A DNA stretch of 38,241 nt. Source: a virus. The stretch's first letter is position 1. Every line of letters starts with the position of its first letter. The notes under the pieces are model-generated. The model was not told the origin of the DNA, made no database searches, and worked only from the letters and a program-made list of their open reading frames with translations. A program made the translations under genes and the position numbers. Below, one piece after another: positions 15,174 through 23,728 of the stretch. The stretch is from the IMG/VR virus record IMGVR_UViG_3300030397_000021, positions 1 to 38,241 of that record; one strand, written 5' to 3'.

Positions 15174-15817
15174 TGGGTAAAGCAAAGCAAATTAAATTAA
15201 CCGCTGAACAGTTGGAGTTAGCAAGCCAGTTAACTCCGCTTCAGCGTAAGTTTGTTTTAGAGCTCGTCAAGCCTGGAATGTCACAGCGTCAAGCCTATAT
15301 CGATGCTGGCGGTAAAGCTAAAACCGAGTCAGCACAAGACCAGTCAGCAAGCCAAATCCTAAGTAATCCTAAGGTGAATTCATTCCACAAGTCATTAATC
15401 AACACTATCGCTTCAGATGTGATTATGACGAAGCAGGAAGCCCTTGAACGCCTATCTAAGACAGCACGCGCAACTATACACGACATTTGCGATTTCAAGC
15501 TTGTAGAGGTTGTCAGCAAGGATTCTGAAGGTAACGAAAAAATCCTCTTTGATACGATTTGGACAATAAAAAACTCAGACGAGATAGATCCGGTTATCGC
15601 TGCCTCAATCAAATCAGTAACCTTCACCAAGAATGGGCCAAAGATTGAAATGTATGACGCTAACGGTTCAATCAAGATTCTTTCCGATCTACAAGGGTGG
15701 AACGCTCCACGCAAACAAGAGATCACCGGAAAGGGCGGCCAGGCTTTAGCAATCAAGGCTGATGTTAGTGCGCCTGAGATAGCAAGCGCTTTAGCTGGTC
15801 TAATGGCTAAATTGTGA
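15173..15817 (+). CDS. terS: Terminase small subunit
   Basis: LTPLQRKFVLELVKPGMSQRQAYIDAGGKAKTESAQDQSASQILSNPKV matches the Terminase_2 HTH signature. Confidence 0.85.
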   Translation: MGKAKQIKLTAEQLELASQLTPLQRKFVLELVKPGMSQRQAYIDAGGKAKTESAQDQSASQILSNPKVNSFHKSLINTIASDVIMTKQEALERLSKTARATIHDICDFKLVEVVSKDSEGNEKILFDTIWTIKNSDEIDPVIAASIKSVTFTKNGPKIEMYDANGSIKILSDLQGWNAPRKQEITGKGGQALAIKADVSAPEIASALAGLMAKL

Positions 15818-15939
15818 ATAACTATGTGTTTATCGGTGAATAAAGTATAAAAATTATCGGGGTTAGTATCTCGAAAACTGCATAAATGGTGAATATATGG
15901 AATGTTTGGAGAAAGATATAAGACTTGCCCTTGTTTTAT

Positions 15940-15966
15940 CGTTGGTGTCGTTGGTGTCGTCAACGG
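15940..15966. repeat. Tandem CGTTGGTGT x2 followed by CGTCAACGG (small hairpin) in the terS-terL gap
   Basis: cgttggtgt (15940-15948), cgttggtgt (15949-15957), cgtcaacgg (15958-15966). cgttg...caacg can pair. Confidence 0.6.
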
Positions 15967-15997
15967 CATGTTTGGTTATTTTTCTGGTTAAGATTTT

Positions 15998-17644
15998 ATG
16001 AGCGAGATAATGCAATGGGAGACAATGACGGATGCTGAAAAGATAGCCGTCAAGGTAGCAAGTGAAGCCTCTTTTGAGGCTTTTATGCGTATATTCTTCC
16101 AGTTATTGCAAGGTCAGAAGTTTAAAAAGAACTGGCACCACACTTACGAGTGCCAACTTGCTGAAGATGTTTTCTACGGAAAGATTAAACGGGGCATTAT
16201 TAACGTTGCGCCGGGCTCAACTAAAACGGAAATATGGTCTATTCACTGGCCTGTATGGTGCATTATCAAATGTATCACTGACGGCAATCCAAGAAGTTCA
16301 CGCTGGCTGCCGCTTTCTTACTCTGACGACCTGGTTGTTGAGAACGCCACAAGGGTTAAAGAGATCATCGACTCTGAAGAGTTTCAACAGCTTTGGCCTA
16401 TGACTCAAGCCAAAACCACCAAAGCAAAACATAACTGGATGTACTACGACCAGAACGGCAACCGTCATCGCCTTTACGGGACCAGTATCAACGGACAGGT
16501 AACAGGACGCCGAGCTGGTTACATGATAGAGAACTGCTTCACTGGTGCGCTTATCCTTGATGATCCGCTTCCACCGAAAGATTCAGACAGCGGCAAGCTA
16601 ATGGATAAGGCCAACAAGAAGCTTAACCGTGTTGTTCGTTCCCGTCTTGCGCATGACAACGTACCTATCATCATGGTCCAGCAACGAATAGCTAACGGCG
16701 ACAGTACTGACTTTCTAATGAGTGACAAAACGCCGGACACTTACGAAATATTTAAGGTCCCGGCCATTGTCGATCGTGAATACCTGGAAACCCTACCGCA
16801 AGAAATGAAAGAGGCTTGCATTCGTGACACTGGATTCACTTCAGGTCGTGTTAGCTACTGGACTGACAAAGAGCCAACAGAAACATTACTGGCAATGGAG
16901 AAGGCAGATAACTTTATGTTTAGCGCTCAATACCAACAAAACCCGGATGACGCACTTCAAGAAGGTGTTGTTTACAAGAAAGAGATTGAGCTACTTATTG
17001 AAGAAGGTCGCTTTTGCAATATTCCTATCGAGAAGGCGCTCCCCGTTTACACCTATTGGGACCTTGGTATCAATGACGACATGGTTTTATGGTTGATGCA
17101 GCCACACCGCAAAGAGTTACGAATGATTGCGTGTTATGCCAATCGTGATGAAGGAATGGAGCATTACATTAACTGGCTTCACGACTTCGCTGATAAGTAC
17201 GGGATTCGGTACAAAGAACACCTAGCGCCGCATGATATTTCCGTTCGTGATCTGATGACCAGAGAAAGCCGACTTGATACCGCTAAGCGAATGGGTATTA
17301 AGTTTAAGCTGGTTGAACGATGCAAGAGCAAGCGCGAATCAATCAACGCACTGAAGAAACTCTTCCCTCGCATTTGGATTGATAGCAAACGATGCGATAC
17401 AGATTCAACCGGTGCAACTGGTGATCAGGCTAAGAAAACAGGATGGAAAGGCATCAAGGCATTGCGCCGTGAGTGGGACCATGACAATGAAGTGTTTAAA
17501 GATGCTACTGGCCCTAAGTGGGCGACTAACTTCACTGATGCTATTCAGCAAATGGGCCTTCACTACAAAGAAGAGATTGAGCGCCAGAAACCACAAAGGC
17601 GCAGGACAGGCCGAGCTACTTCCGGCGGTTGGTTGGGATCTTAA
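15998..17644 (+). CDS. terL: Terminase large subunit
   Basis: Walker A-like NVAPGSTKTE, Walker B ALILDDPLPP, and a C-terminal RNaseH-like nuclease block VYTYWDLGINDDMVLW. The position is upstream of portal. Confidence 0.85.
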   Translation: MSEIMQWETMTDAEKIAVKVASEASFEAFMRIFFQLLQGQKFKKNWHHTYECQLAEDVFYGKIKRGIINVAPGSTKTEIWSIHWPVWCIIKCITDGNPRSSRWLPLSYSDDLVVENATRVKEIIDSEEFQQLWPMTQAKTTKAKHNWMYYDQNGNRHRLYGTSINGQVTGRRAGYMIENCFTGALILDDPLPPKDSDSGKLMDKANKKLNRVVRSRLAHDNVPIIMVQQRIANGDSTDFLMSDKTPDTYEIFKVPAIVDREYLETLPQEMKEACIRDTGFTSGRVSYWTDKEPTETLLAMEKADNFMFSAQYQQNPDDALQEGVVYKKEIELLIEEGRFCNIPIEKALPVYTYWDLGINDDMVLWLMQPHRKELRMIACYANRDEGMEHYINWLHDFADKYGIRYKEHLAPHDISVRDLMTRESRLDTAKRMGIKFKLVERCKSKRESINALKKLFPRIWIDSKRCDTDSTGATGDQAKKTGWKGIKALRREWDHDNEVFKDATGPKWATNFTDAIQQMGLHYKEEIERQKPQRRRTGRATSGGWLGS

Positions 17645-17829
17645 TGCGTAGTTATGGCGAAATAGCTGAAGTATGCTTTCAGCGTAAAGGCTGGAACATT
17701 TACAATTTGGCTACTGAGTATAAGATTTGGGATGGATACCGAAGCAAATCAGTGTTCGTTAATACCATGCTAGAACTGAAGCAAGAAATTAATAAGTTTA
17801 TTGGGGAAGAAAGCCATGAAGAAAATTAA
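17644..17829 (+). CDS. Small hypothetical protein (61 aa)
   Basis: The ATG overlaps the terL stop (TAATG). The ORF track starts earlier at 17629. Confidence 0.5.
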   Translation: MRSYGEIAEVCFQRKGWNIYNLATEYKIWDGYRSKSVFVNTMLELKQEINKFIGEESHEEN

Positions 17830-17950
17830 GTTTAAGTGCGAGCACTGCAAAGTTCCGGTTAAGCGCAATTCAAAACTAATCGTTCAGGAGAGTCAGCGCA
17901 AATACTGTTCTGAGCAATGCCTAATGAAGTGGAGACTCGCAAATGGCTAA
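17816..17950 (+). CDS. 44-aa zinc-ribbon-like micro-protein, below the ORF-track cutoff
   Basis: Hand translation: MKKIKFKCEHCKVPVKRNSKLIVQESQRKYCSEQCLMKWRLANG (CxxC...CxxxC). It overlaps the upstream ORF by 14 nt and the portal start by 8 nt. Confidence 0.45.
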   Translation: MKKIKFKCEHCKVPVKRNSKLIVQESQRKYCSEQCLMKWRLANG

Positions 17951-20072
17951 GTCAAAGATAGAGCAGCTTTACGCTAAACCCGTAAAGCAAAAGAAAGGTG
18001 ATAAGTCTGATGACTCATTACTTTGTACGGCCAGAAAGCGAGCTCGTGACGGTGCAACCTACTGGAAAGAAAACTGGGAAGCGGCTGAAGATGATCTGAA
18101 GTTTCTAGCTGGTGAACAATGGCCTTCACAAGTACGAACTGAGCGAGAGCTTGAACAACGTCCTTGCCTGGTTAATAACGTATTACCTACCTTTGTGGAT
18201 CAGGTCCTTGGTGATCAGCGACAAAACCGCCCATCTATCAAGGTTAGTGCCACTAACGTGACCAGAGTTACCAACCCTGAAACCGGAGAGCAAGAAGATC
18301 TTCAGATTGCTAACACTTCAGGAAAGAGTAACTATGACCTTGCAGAAGTATTCACTGGCCTGATTAAGAATATTGAATACAACTGTGATGCGGAAACAAG
18401 TTACGACATTGCTTTTCAATCTGCTGTTGAGTCTGGAATGGGTTATTTGCGTGTTCGTTCTGATTACCTGACAGATGATAGTTTTGAGCAAGACCTAATC
18501 ATTGATCACATTGAAAACCAGTTTGCTGTCACTATGGACCCAAGTGCTAAAGAGCGCGATTACTCTGACGCTAATTGGTGCTTGATTGATGACACTATGG
18601 AAAAAGAAGCGTTCACCGCCTTGTATCCTGAAGCCAGCACTGACCCGGTTAACTCTGATTCAGTTGATGATATGGGTACTTGGTTTGCTGATAACACGGT
18701 TAGAGTTAGCGAATACTTTACCCGTGAACCTGTCACAAAAGAGGTCGCACTTCTTAGTGATGGTCGTTCCGTGTATATGGATGAGTTAGAGCCTATTGTT
18801 GATGAACTACTTCAGCTGGGTGTTAGCATTGTTCGAACTCGCAAGGTTAAGACGCATAAAGTGTTTTGGCGAAAAATTACCGGGCTTGATGTTCTTGAAG
18901 GCCCAGTTGAAATACCTTGCTCAACAATTCCGGTTGTCCCAGTATGGGGTAAGTCATTGGTTATTAAGAAGAAGGTTATATTTCGCTCTATTATCCGACA
19001 CAGCAAAGACGCTCAAAGAATGGCTAACTATTTCGATAGCTCAATGACTGAATCAATCGCCCTAGCGCCTAAAGCTCCTTTTGTTGCTCAAGAGGGGCAT
19101 ATCGAAGGGTATGAACATCAATGGGAAACCGCAAACACAACTAATCGTTCTGTTTTGCCATACGTACCACAGTACCAAGGCGATCCAGGACCAAGAAGAC
19201 AGCAATCAGCATTTGTGCCAGCAGCAGAGATCACGGCCGCCAATATAAACAGCGATAAAATTAAAGCCACGCTTGGCATGTATGATGCCTCGCTTGGTGC
19301 AATGGGAAATGAAACTTCAGGCCGGGCAATCGTAGCAAGGCAGCGCCAGGGTGATCGCGGTTCGTTTGCTTTCATTGACAACTTGACTAAAGCCATTCGC
19401 CGTGTTGGTAAGATTATGGTTGAAATGATTCCACGGGTTTACGACACAGAGCGAGTTGTTCGCTTGAAGTTCTCTGATGAAACTGAAGACTTCGTTAAGT
19501 TGAATGAGCAGATCCTTGATGAACAAACAAACGAGTGGGTAACTATCAATGACCTGAACGTTGCTAAGTATGACGTTGTTGTTACTACTGGCCCGGCTTA
19601 CTCAACGCAGCGACAAGAAGCGGCTGAGTCAATGGTTCAATTCGCTCAAGCTGTTCCGGCTGCGGCTGGTGTGCTTGGTGATCTTATTGCTCAAAATATG
19701 GATTGGCCTGGTGCTGATGTTATTGCAGAGCGACTTAGAAAGATTGTTCCGCCTAACATCCTGACTGCGGAAGAGCGTGAGAGTATTGCCGAGGATATGC
19801 CAGAGCAGCAAGAACCCACACCAGAACAACAACTAGCAATGGCTGAGCTAGAAGTTAAAGGTCAAGAAATTGAAGCCGATAAAATGAAGGCGCAAGCTGA
19901 TATAGCAAAAGCTCAAACAGAGTTGGTAAAGGCTCAACTTCAAAGCGCAGAAGCTCAAGCACAGCTTCAAGCCATTCAAAACGGTCAAGGTGATGCTTAT
20001 CAGCAAGTGCGTGAATTAGTTGCTGAGGCACTGGCTGAGTTAATGGCAAACAATCAAAATGTCAAGGCTTAA
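17943..20072 (+). CDS. Portal protein (P22 gp1-like)
   Basis: 709 aa. N-terminal YWKENWEAAEDDLKFLAGEQWPSQVRTERELEQRPCLVNNVLPTFVDQVLGDQRQNRPSIKV is typical of P22-type portals. Long C-terminal coiled-coil (barrel-like). Confidence 0.85.
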   Translation: MAKSKIEQLYAKPVKQKKGDKSDDSLLCTARKRARDGATYWKENWEAAEDDLKFLAGEQWPSQVRTERELEQRPCLVNNVLPTFVDQVLGDQRQNRPSIKVSATNVTRVTNPETGEQEDLQIANTSGKSNYDLAEVFTGLIKNIEYNCDAETSYDIAFQSAVESGMGYLRVRSDYLTDDSFEQDLIIDHIENQFAVTMDPSAKERDYSDANWCLIDDTMEKEAFTALYPEASTDPVNSDSVDDMGTWFADNTVRVSEYFTREPVTKEVALLSDGRSVYMDELEPIVDELLQLGVSIVRTRKVKTHKVFWRKITGLDVLEGPVEIPCSTIPVVPVWGKSLVIKKKVIFRSIIRHSKDAQRMANYFDSSMTESIALAPKAPFVAQEGHIEGYEHQWETANTTNRSVLPYVPQYQGDPGPRRQQSAFVPAAEITAANINSDKIKATLGMYDASLGAMGNETSGRAIVARQRQGDRGSFAFIDNLTKAIRRVGKIMVEMIPRVYDTERVVRLKFSDETEDFVKLNEQILDEQTNEWVTINDLNVAKYDVVVTTGPAYSTQRQEAAESMVQFAQAVPAAAGVLGDLIAQNMDWPGADVIAERLRKIVPPNILTAEERESIAEDMPEQQEPTPEQQLAMAELEVKGQEIEADKMKAQADIAKAQTELVKAQLQSAEAQAQLQAIQNGQGDAYQQVRELVAEALAELMANNQNVKA

Positions 20073-20164
20073 TGAGTGACTTTTTACTAAATTAAGCTTA
20101 TCATTAGTTTATGGCTACCAGTGGCCTTTCACTGGGCTTAAATTCGTATAGGAACATATACGCC

Positions 20165-21082
20165 ATGAGTCAAGAAAACAACCAAGACGAAACAGCAGGT
20201 TTTGTCACAACATCAAGCGATATGCCTGAAGTTCAAACTGAGCCGCAGGAAGAGCAGCAGCAAGAAGAACAGGCCAATTCTGAAACTGATGCTACTGTAG
20301 GTGATGAAAAGCAAGAACCGAAAGGTGAAGCTGATGAACCCAAAGCAGAAGAGCAAGATGATTCCGGCAAAGATACCGCCGCCGATCACGACAAAGGCAA
20401 GAAGCCTAACCGTGTTCAAAAACGTATCGACCAGGTAGTAAGAGAGCGAGAGCGGGAGCGCAGAGAGAAAGAGGCACTTCAGCGCCGTATTGATGAACTT
20501 GAACGTGGTAAACAGTCTGATAAGTCAGAAAAGGAACCTGTAGAGGATGACTTTGAAACTTATGACGAGTACCTTGATGCTTTGGACGCTTACGATAATA
20601 AGCAGCCAAAGGGTGAAGAGAAAAAGGCTGAACCAAAACAGGATGAGCAAGAGCAACCAAGCGAATTGACTGATAGCCAAAAAACTGCAATGGCTGTGAT
20701 TAAGGAATCGGTTGATAATGCAGACAAGCCGGAAGACTTTGAAGCGGTTGCGCTTAATCCTGAAGTTCCAATCACTGGTGAAATGCTTGAAGCTTTGGCT
20801 GAGTGCGAAGACCCTGTAAAGGTAATGTATCACTTGGGCAAAAATAAAGATCTTGCTGCCGATATTGCTTCTGGTTCGCCAGCTCAGCAAATGCGAGCAA
20901 TCGCAAAACTTGATCTGACGGTAACGAGCAAACCGCCGAAACCGACAAAAACAACTAACGCGCCTGAACCTATCTCGCCTGTTGGTGGTAGTGATGCCCA
21001 ACAAAAAAGTCCTGCCGAAATGACTCAATCAGAGTATGAAGCCTGGGCCAACAAGCAAGAAAGAAAGCGACAATCTTGGTAA
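20165..21082 (+). CDS. Scaffolding protein (by position and composition)
   Basis: Highly charged E/K/D/Q-rich helical protein between portal and coat. The start at 20165 is uncertain (alternative ATG at 20111). Confidence 0.6.
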   Translation: MSQENNQDETAGFVTTSSDMPEVQTEPQEEQQQEEQANSETDATVGDEKQEPKGEADEPKAEEQDDSGKDTAADHDKGKKPNRVQKRIDQVVRERERERREKEALQRRIDELERGKQSDKSEKEPVEDDFETYDEYLDALDAYDNKQPKGEEKKAEPKQDEQEQPSELTDSQKTAMAVIKESVDNADKPEDFEAVALNPEVPITGEMLEALAECEDPVKVMYHLGKNKDLAADIASGSPAQQMRAIAKLDLTVTSKPPKPTKTTNAPEPISPVGGSDAQQKSPAEMTQSEYEAWANKQERKRQSW

Positions 21083-21097
21083 TTTAGGAGAAACATC

Positions 21098-22357
21098 ATG
21101 GCTGTTCAAAATAACAACCTACTTACAGATGACGTAATCGCTAAGGAAGCGTTACGACTACTGAAAAACAACCTGGTAATGGCTAAATGCGTTTACCGTA
21201 ACTATGAAAAAACATTTGGTAAGGTAGGCGACACTATTCGCTTGAAACTTCCATACCGTGTTAAATCCGCCTCTGGTCGCGTATTGGTTAAGCAACCAAT
21301 GGTTGATCAGACAATTCCGTTTAAGATTGACTACCAAGAACACGTTGGCCTTGAGTACACGGTTAAAGATAAAACGCTTGATATTATGCAGTTCTCAGAA
21401 CGCTATCTTAAATCTGGCATGGTGCAGATTGCGAACAAGATTGACCGATCTCTCACCATGACACTGAAGAAAGCATTTCACTCTTCTGGCACTCCTGGTG
21501 TTCGCCCTGGTAAGTATATCGACTTTGCAACGGCGGCAGCTAAACAAACAACTTACGCTGTGCCTGATGATGGTATGCGTCACGCCGTTATTGACCCGTT
21601 CACTTGTGCAACTCTATCTGATGAAGTTACCAAGCTTTTCAAAGAATCAATGGTAGAGACTGCATACAAGAAAGGCTACAAAGGTCCAGTTGCTAACTAT
21701 GCTACTTACGAATCTCAGAACTTGCCTAAGCATACAGTTGGTAATCACGGCGGCACTCCTTTAGCTGGTGCTGGTATCACTAACGGCAATGTAGTTAATA
21801 TCACTGGCGGCACGGCTTCAACTACTGGCTTCTTGAAAACTGGTGACGTTATCACCTTTGATGGTGTGTTTGGTGTTAACCCTCAGAACTACGAAACAAC
21901 TGGTTTACTCCAAGAGTTCGTTGTTACTGCTGACGTTAATACAGATGGTTCAGGCAATGCGACTATCAATATTTCCCCAGCTCTTAATGATGGTACGGCA
22001 ACAACTACCAATCAGGAGGGTCAATCAATTAGCTTGTCTGCTTACCAGAACGTAACTGCTTTGCCTGCTGAAAACGCACCAATGACAGTTCTTGGTACAG
22101 CTAACGCAACTTACGAACAAAACTACTTGTTCCACCGTGATGCTATCGCACTTGCAATGATTGACCTTGAACTACCACAGTCAGCGGTTATCAAGTCTCG
22201 CGCTGCTGATCCTGAAACTGGTTTATCACTCACTCTTACTGGTGCTTACGATATTAACGAGCAAACAGAAATTCACCGTATTGATGCGGTGTGGGGTGCT
22301 GATATGATTTACCCTGAACTAGCGCTTCGACTATGGGGTGCAACTTCTGGCGCATAA
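21098..22357 (+). CDS. Major capsid protein (P22 gp5-like coat)
   Basis: 419 aa. N-terminal LLTDDVIAKEALRLLKNNLVMAKCVYRNYEKTFGKVGDTIRLKLP matches the P22 coat family signature. GGAG SD. Followed by a strong terminator. Confidence 0.9.
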   Translation: MAVQNNNLLTDDVIAKEALRLLKNNLVMAKCVYRNYEKTFGKVGDTIRLKLPYRVKSASGRVLVKQPMVDQTIPFKIDYQEHVGLEYTVKDKTLDIMQFSERYLKSGMVQIANKIDRSLTMTLKKAFHSSGTPGVRPGKYIDFATAAAKQTTYAVPDDGMRHAVIDPFTCATLSDEVTKLFKESMVETAYKKGYKGPVANYATYESQNLPKHTVGNHGGTPLAGAGITNGNVVNITGGTASTTGFLKTGDVITFDGVFGVNPQNYETTGLLQEFVVTADVNTDGSGNATINISPALNDGTATTTNQEGQSISLSAYQNVTALPAENAPMTVLGTANATYEQNYLFHRDAIALAMIDLELPQSAVIKSRAADPETGLSLTLTGAYDINEQTEIHRIDAVWGADMIYPELALRLWGATSGA

Positions 22358-22367
22358 GTAAATTAAT

Positions 22368-22390
22368 AGCCCGGTTCGCCGGGCTTTTCC
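22368..22390 (+). terminator. Intrinsic terminator after the coat gene
   Basis: agcccgg-ttcg-ccgggct followed by ttttcc. Confidence 0.8.
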
Positions 22391-22415
22391 TAATCAGTTA
22401 AGTGAGATAATTAAA

Positions 22416-22976
22416 ATGCCAAATACGCAATTAGTTCCTATCTACCTATTCAGCAAAGAAGTGCCAAAAGGCGAAATGTTCAAGTTTCCTGGTGGTAAAG
22501 AGTCGGACAAGTACAAGCAAATGCTTGAAGATGGTTGGGTAACAACTCCGGCTAAACTTGACTTACCTCAAGAAATGAAAACGGGCGTTACCGTTGAACA
22601 GGCTTCTGAGGCTCACCCTGAAGACTTGAAGAAGTTATTGGAGTCTTACGGTTTTATCGTGCTAACTCCTGAGCAGCTTAAAGCTGAAGCTGTAAAAATG
22701 GCTGAAGTCGCAATGGATATTGAAAACTTCTCTAATGAAGATCTTATCGCTGAGGCCGAACGCCGTGGTCTTAAAGAGTCAAAGCAAGCTGAAGGTCAAG
22801 AAGGTGAGCATGATCTTGATGTTCTTTACGCACAGTTTGAAGAGAACCCTGAATCACTAACTAAAGCTGAGCATGTTGTTCTTGGTAACTCGCTTTATAG
22901 TTTAGGTCTTCGTGAGAACATGAAAGAAGAAACTTTGATCGAGAAAATCAAAGCGGCAATGAACGGAGCTGAATAA
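22416..22976 (+). CDS. Acidic hypothetical structural-module protein (186 aa)
   Basis: ORF between coat and adaptor. No motif recognised. Confidence 0.6.
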   Translation: MPNTQLVPIYLFSKEVPKGEMFKFPGGKESDKYKQMLEDGWVTTPAKLDLPQEMKTGVTVEQASEAHPEDLKKLLESYGFIVLTPEQLKAEAVKMAEVAMDIENFSNEDLIAEAERRGLKESKQAEGQEGEHDLDVLYAQFEENPESLTKAEHVVLGNSLYSLGLRENMKEETLIEKIKAAMNGAE

Positions 22977-22977
22977 C

Positions 22978-23727
22978 ATGGCTACTACGGTAGGGGATAT
23001 TATTCGCAGTTCAATGCGTAAAATTGGCGTTCTTGCTGCTGGTGAACCCCTGCCAGCCAATGAAGGTGATGACGCTTTACAGGTGTTTGCTCAAATGGTT
23101 GATGCCTGGACCAATGAAACGTTGCTTATTCCAGTAGTTAACGTTGTCACCTTCGAGCTAACTAATGATGTATCTGAATACACTATAGGCATTTATCCAG
23201 AGCCTAAACCTGAACCATTGCCAATTAACCACATTGAAACCGCTAGGCCAGAAAAGATACTGGCCGCTTTCATTCGTGACCAATACGACACAGACTACAT
23301 TCAAGAAGTAATTGACGTTAAGACCTTCTCACGCATTAGCCGTAAAACGAACGCTTCACGCCCTTCACGCTTTTATGTTCGTGAAGGTTGGCCGTTAAAC
23401 ACAATCTTGTTTGAATCGGTCCCGTACTCTTCAGAAACGCTTCACCTTGAAGTTATCCAGCCATTAAGCGAGATACTTCCTGCGGCTTGCTTAACTGAAG
23501 TGATCAACCTTTCGCCAGGATATGAACGAGCGCTTATCTATAATCTTTGCTTAGATCTTGCTGATGAATGGGGCAAACAGCCAAGCGCTGCTATTGCTAC
23601 TCATGCGGTTGAAGGTAAGAAGTGGCTGAAGCGCAATAACTACCGTGACCTTGTTCTAGGTATGGATCGCGCTGTTGCTACTCAGCGTAAAGGTATCGGC
23701 ACTTATATTATTGAGCAGGGACCATAA
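22978..23727 (+). CDS. Head-to-tail adaptor (P22 gp4 / T7 gp11-like)
   Basis: The N-terminus VGDIIRSSMRKIGVLAAGEPLPANEGDDALQVFAQMVDAWTNE parallels P22 gp4 GDLVRAALRKLGVASD...DAVDDLEAMMAEW. Confidence 0.65.
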   Translation: MATTVGDIIRSSMRKIGVLAAGEPLPANEGDDALQVFAQMVDAWTNETLLIPVVNVVTFELTNDVSEYTIGIYPEPKPEPLPINHIETARPEKILAAFIRDQYDTDYIQEVIDVKTFSRISRKTNASRPSRFYVREGWPLNTILFESVPYSSETLHLEVIQPLSEILPAACLTEVINLSPGYERALIYNLCLDLADEWGKQPSAAIATHAVEGKKWLKRNNYRDLVLGMDRAVATQRKGIGTYIIEQGP

Positions 23728-23728
23728 C

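Noticed and set aside
15295-15969. 224-aa ORF on the minus strand
   Set aside because: It lies antisense to the well-supported terS gene and the terS-terL gap. It has no SD and no recognisable motif. The whole region from 5.2 to 38.2 kb is otherwise + strand.
20111-20164. Longer start for the scaffold ORF (ATG at 20111)
   Set aside because: There is no SD upstream, and the segment contains two hairpins (ccagtg/cactgg and cgtata/tatacg) that suggest non-coding leader. The ATG at 20165 is preferred, but its SD spacing is long, so this remains uncertain.
20213-21028. Cluster of minus-strand ORFs (68-167 aa) opposite the scaffold gene
   Set aside because: They are artefacts of the biased GAA/AAG/CAA-rich coding strand. 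The products are low-complexity F/L/S-rich strings.
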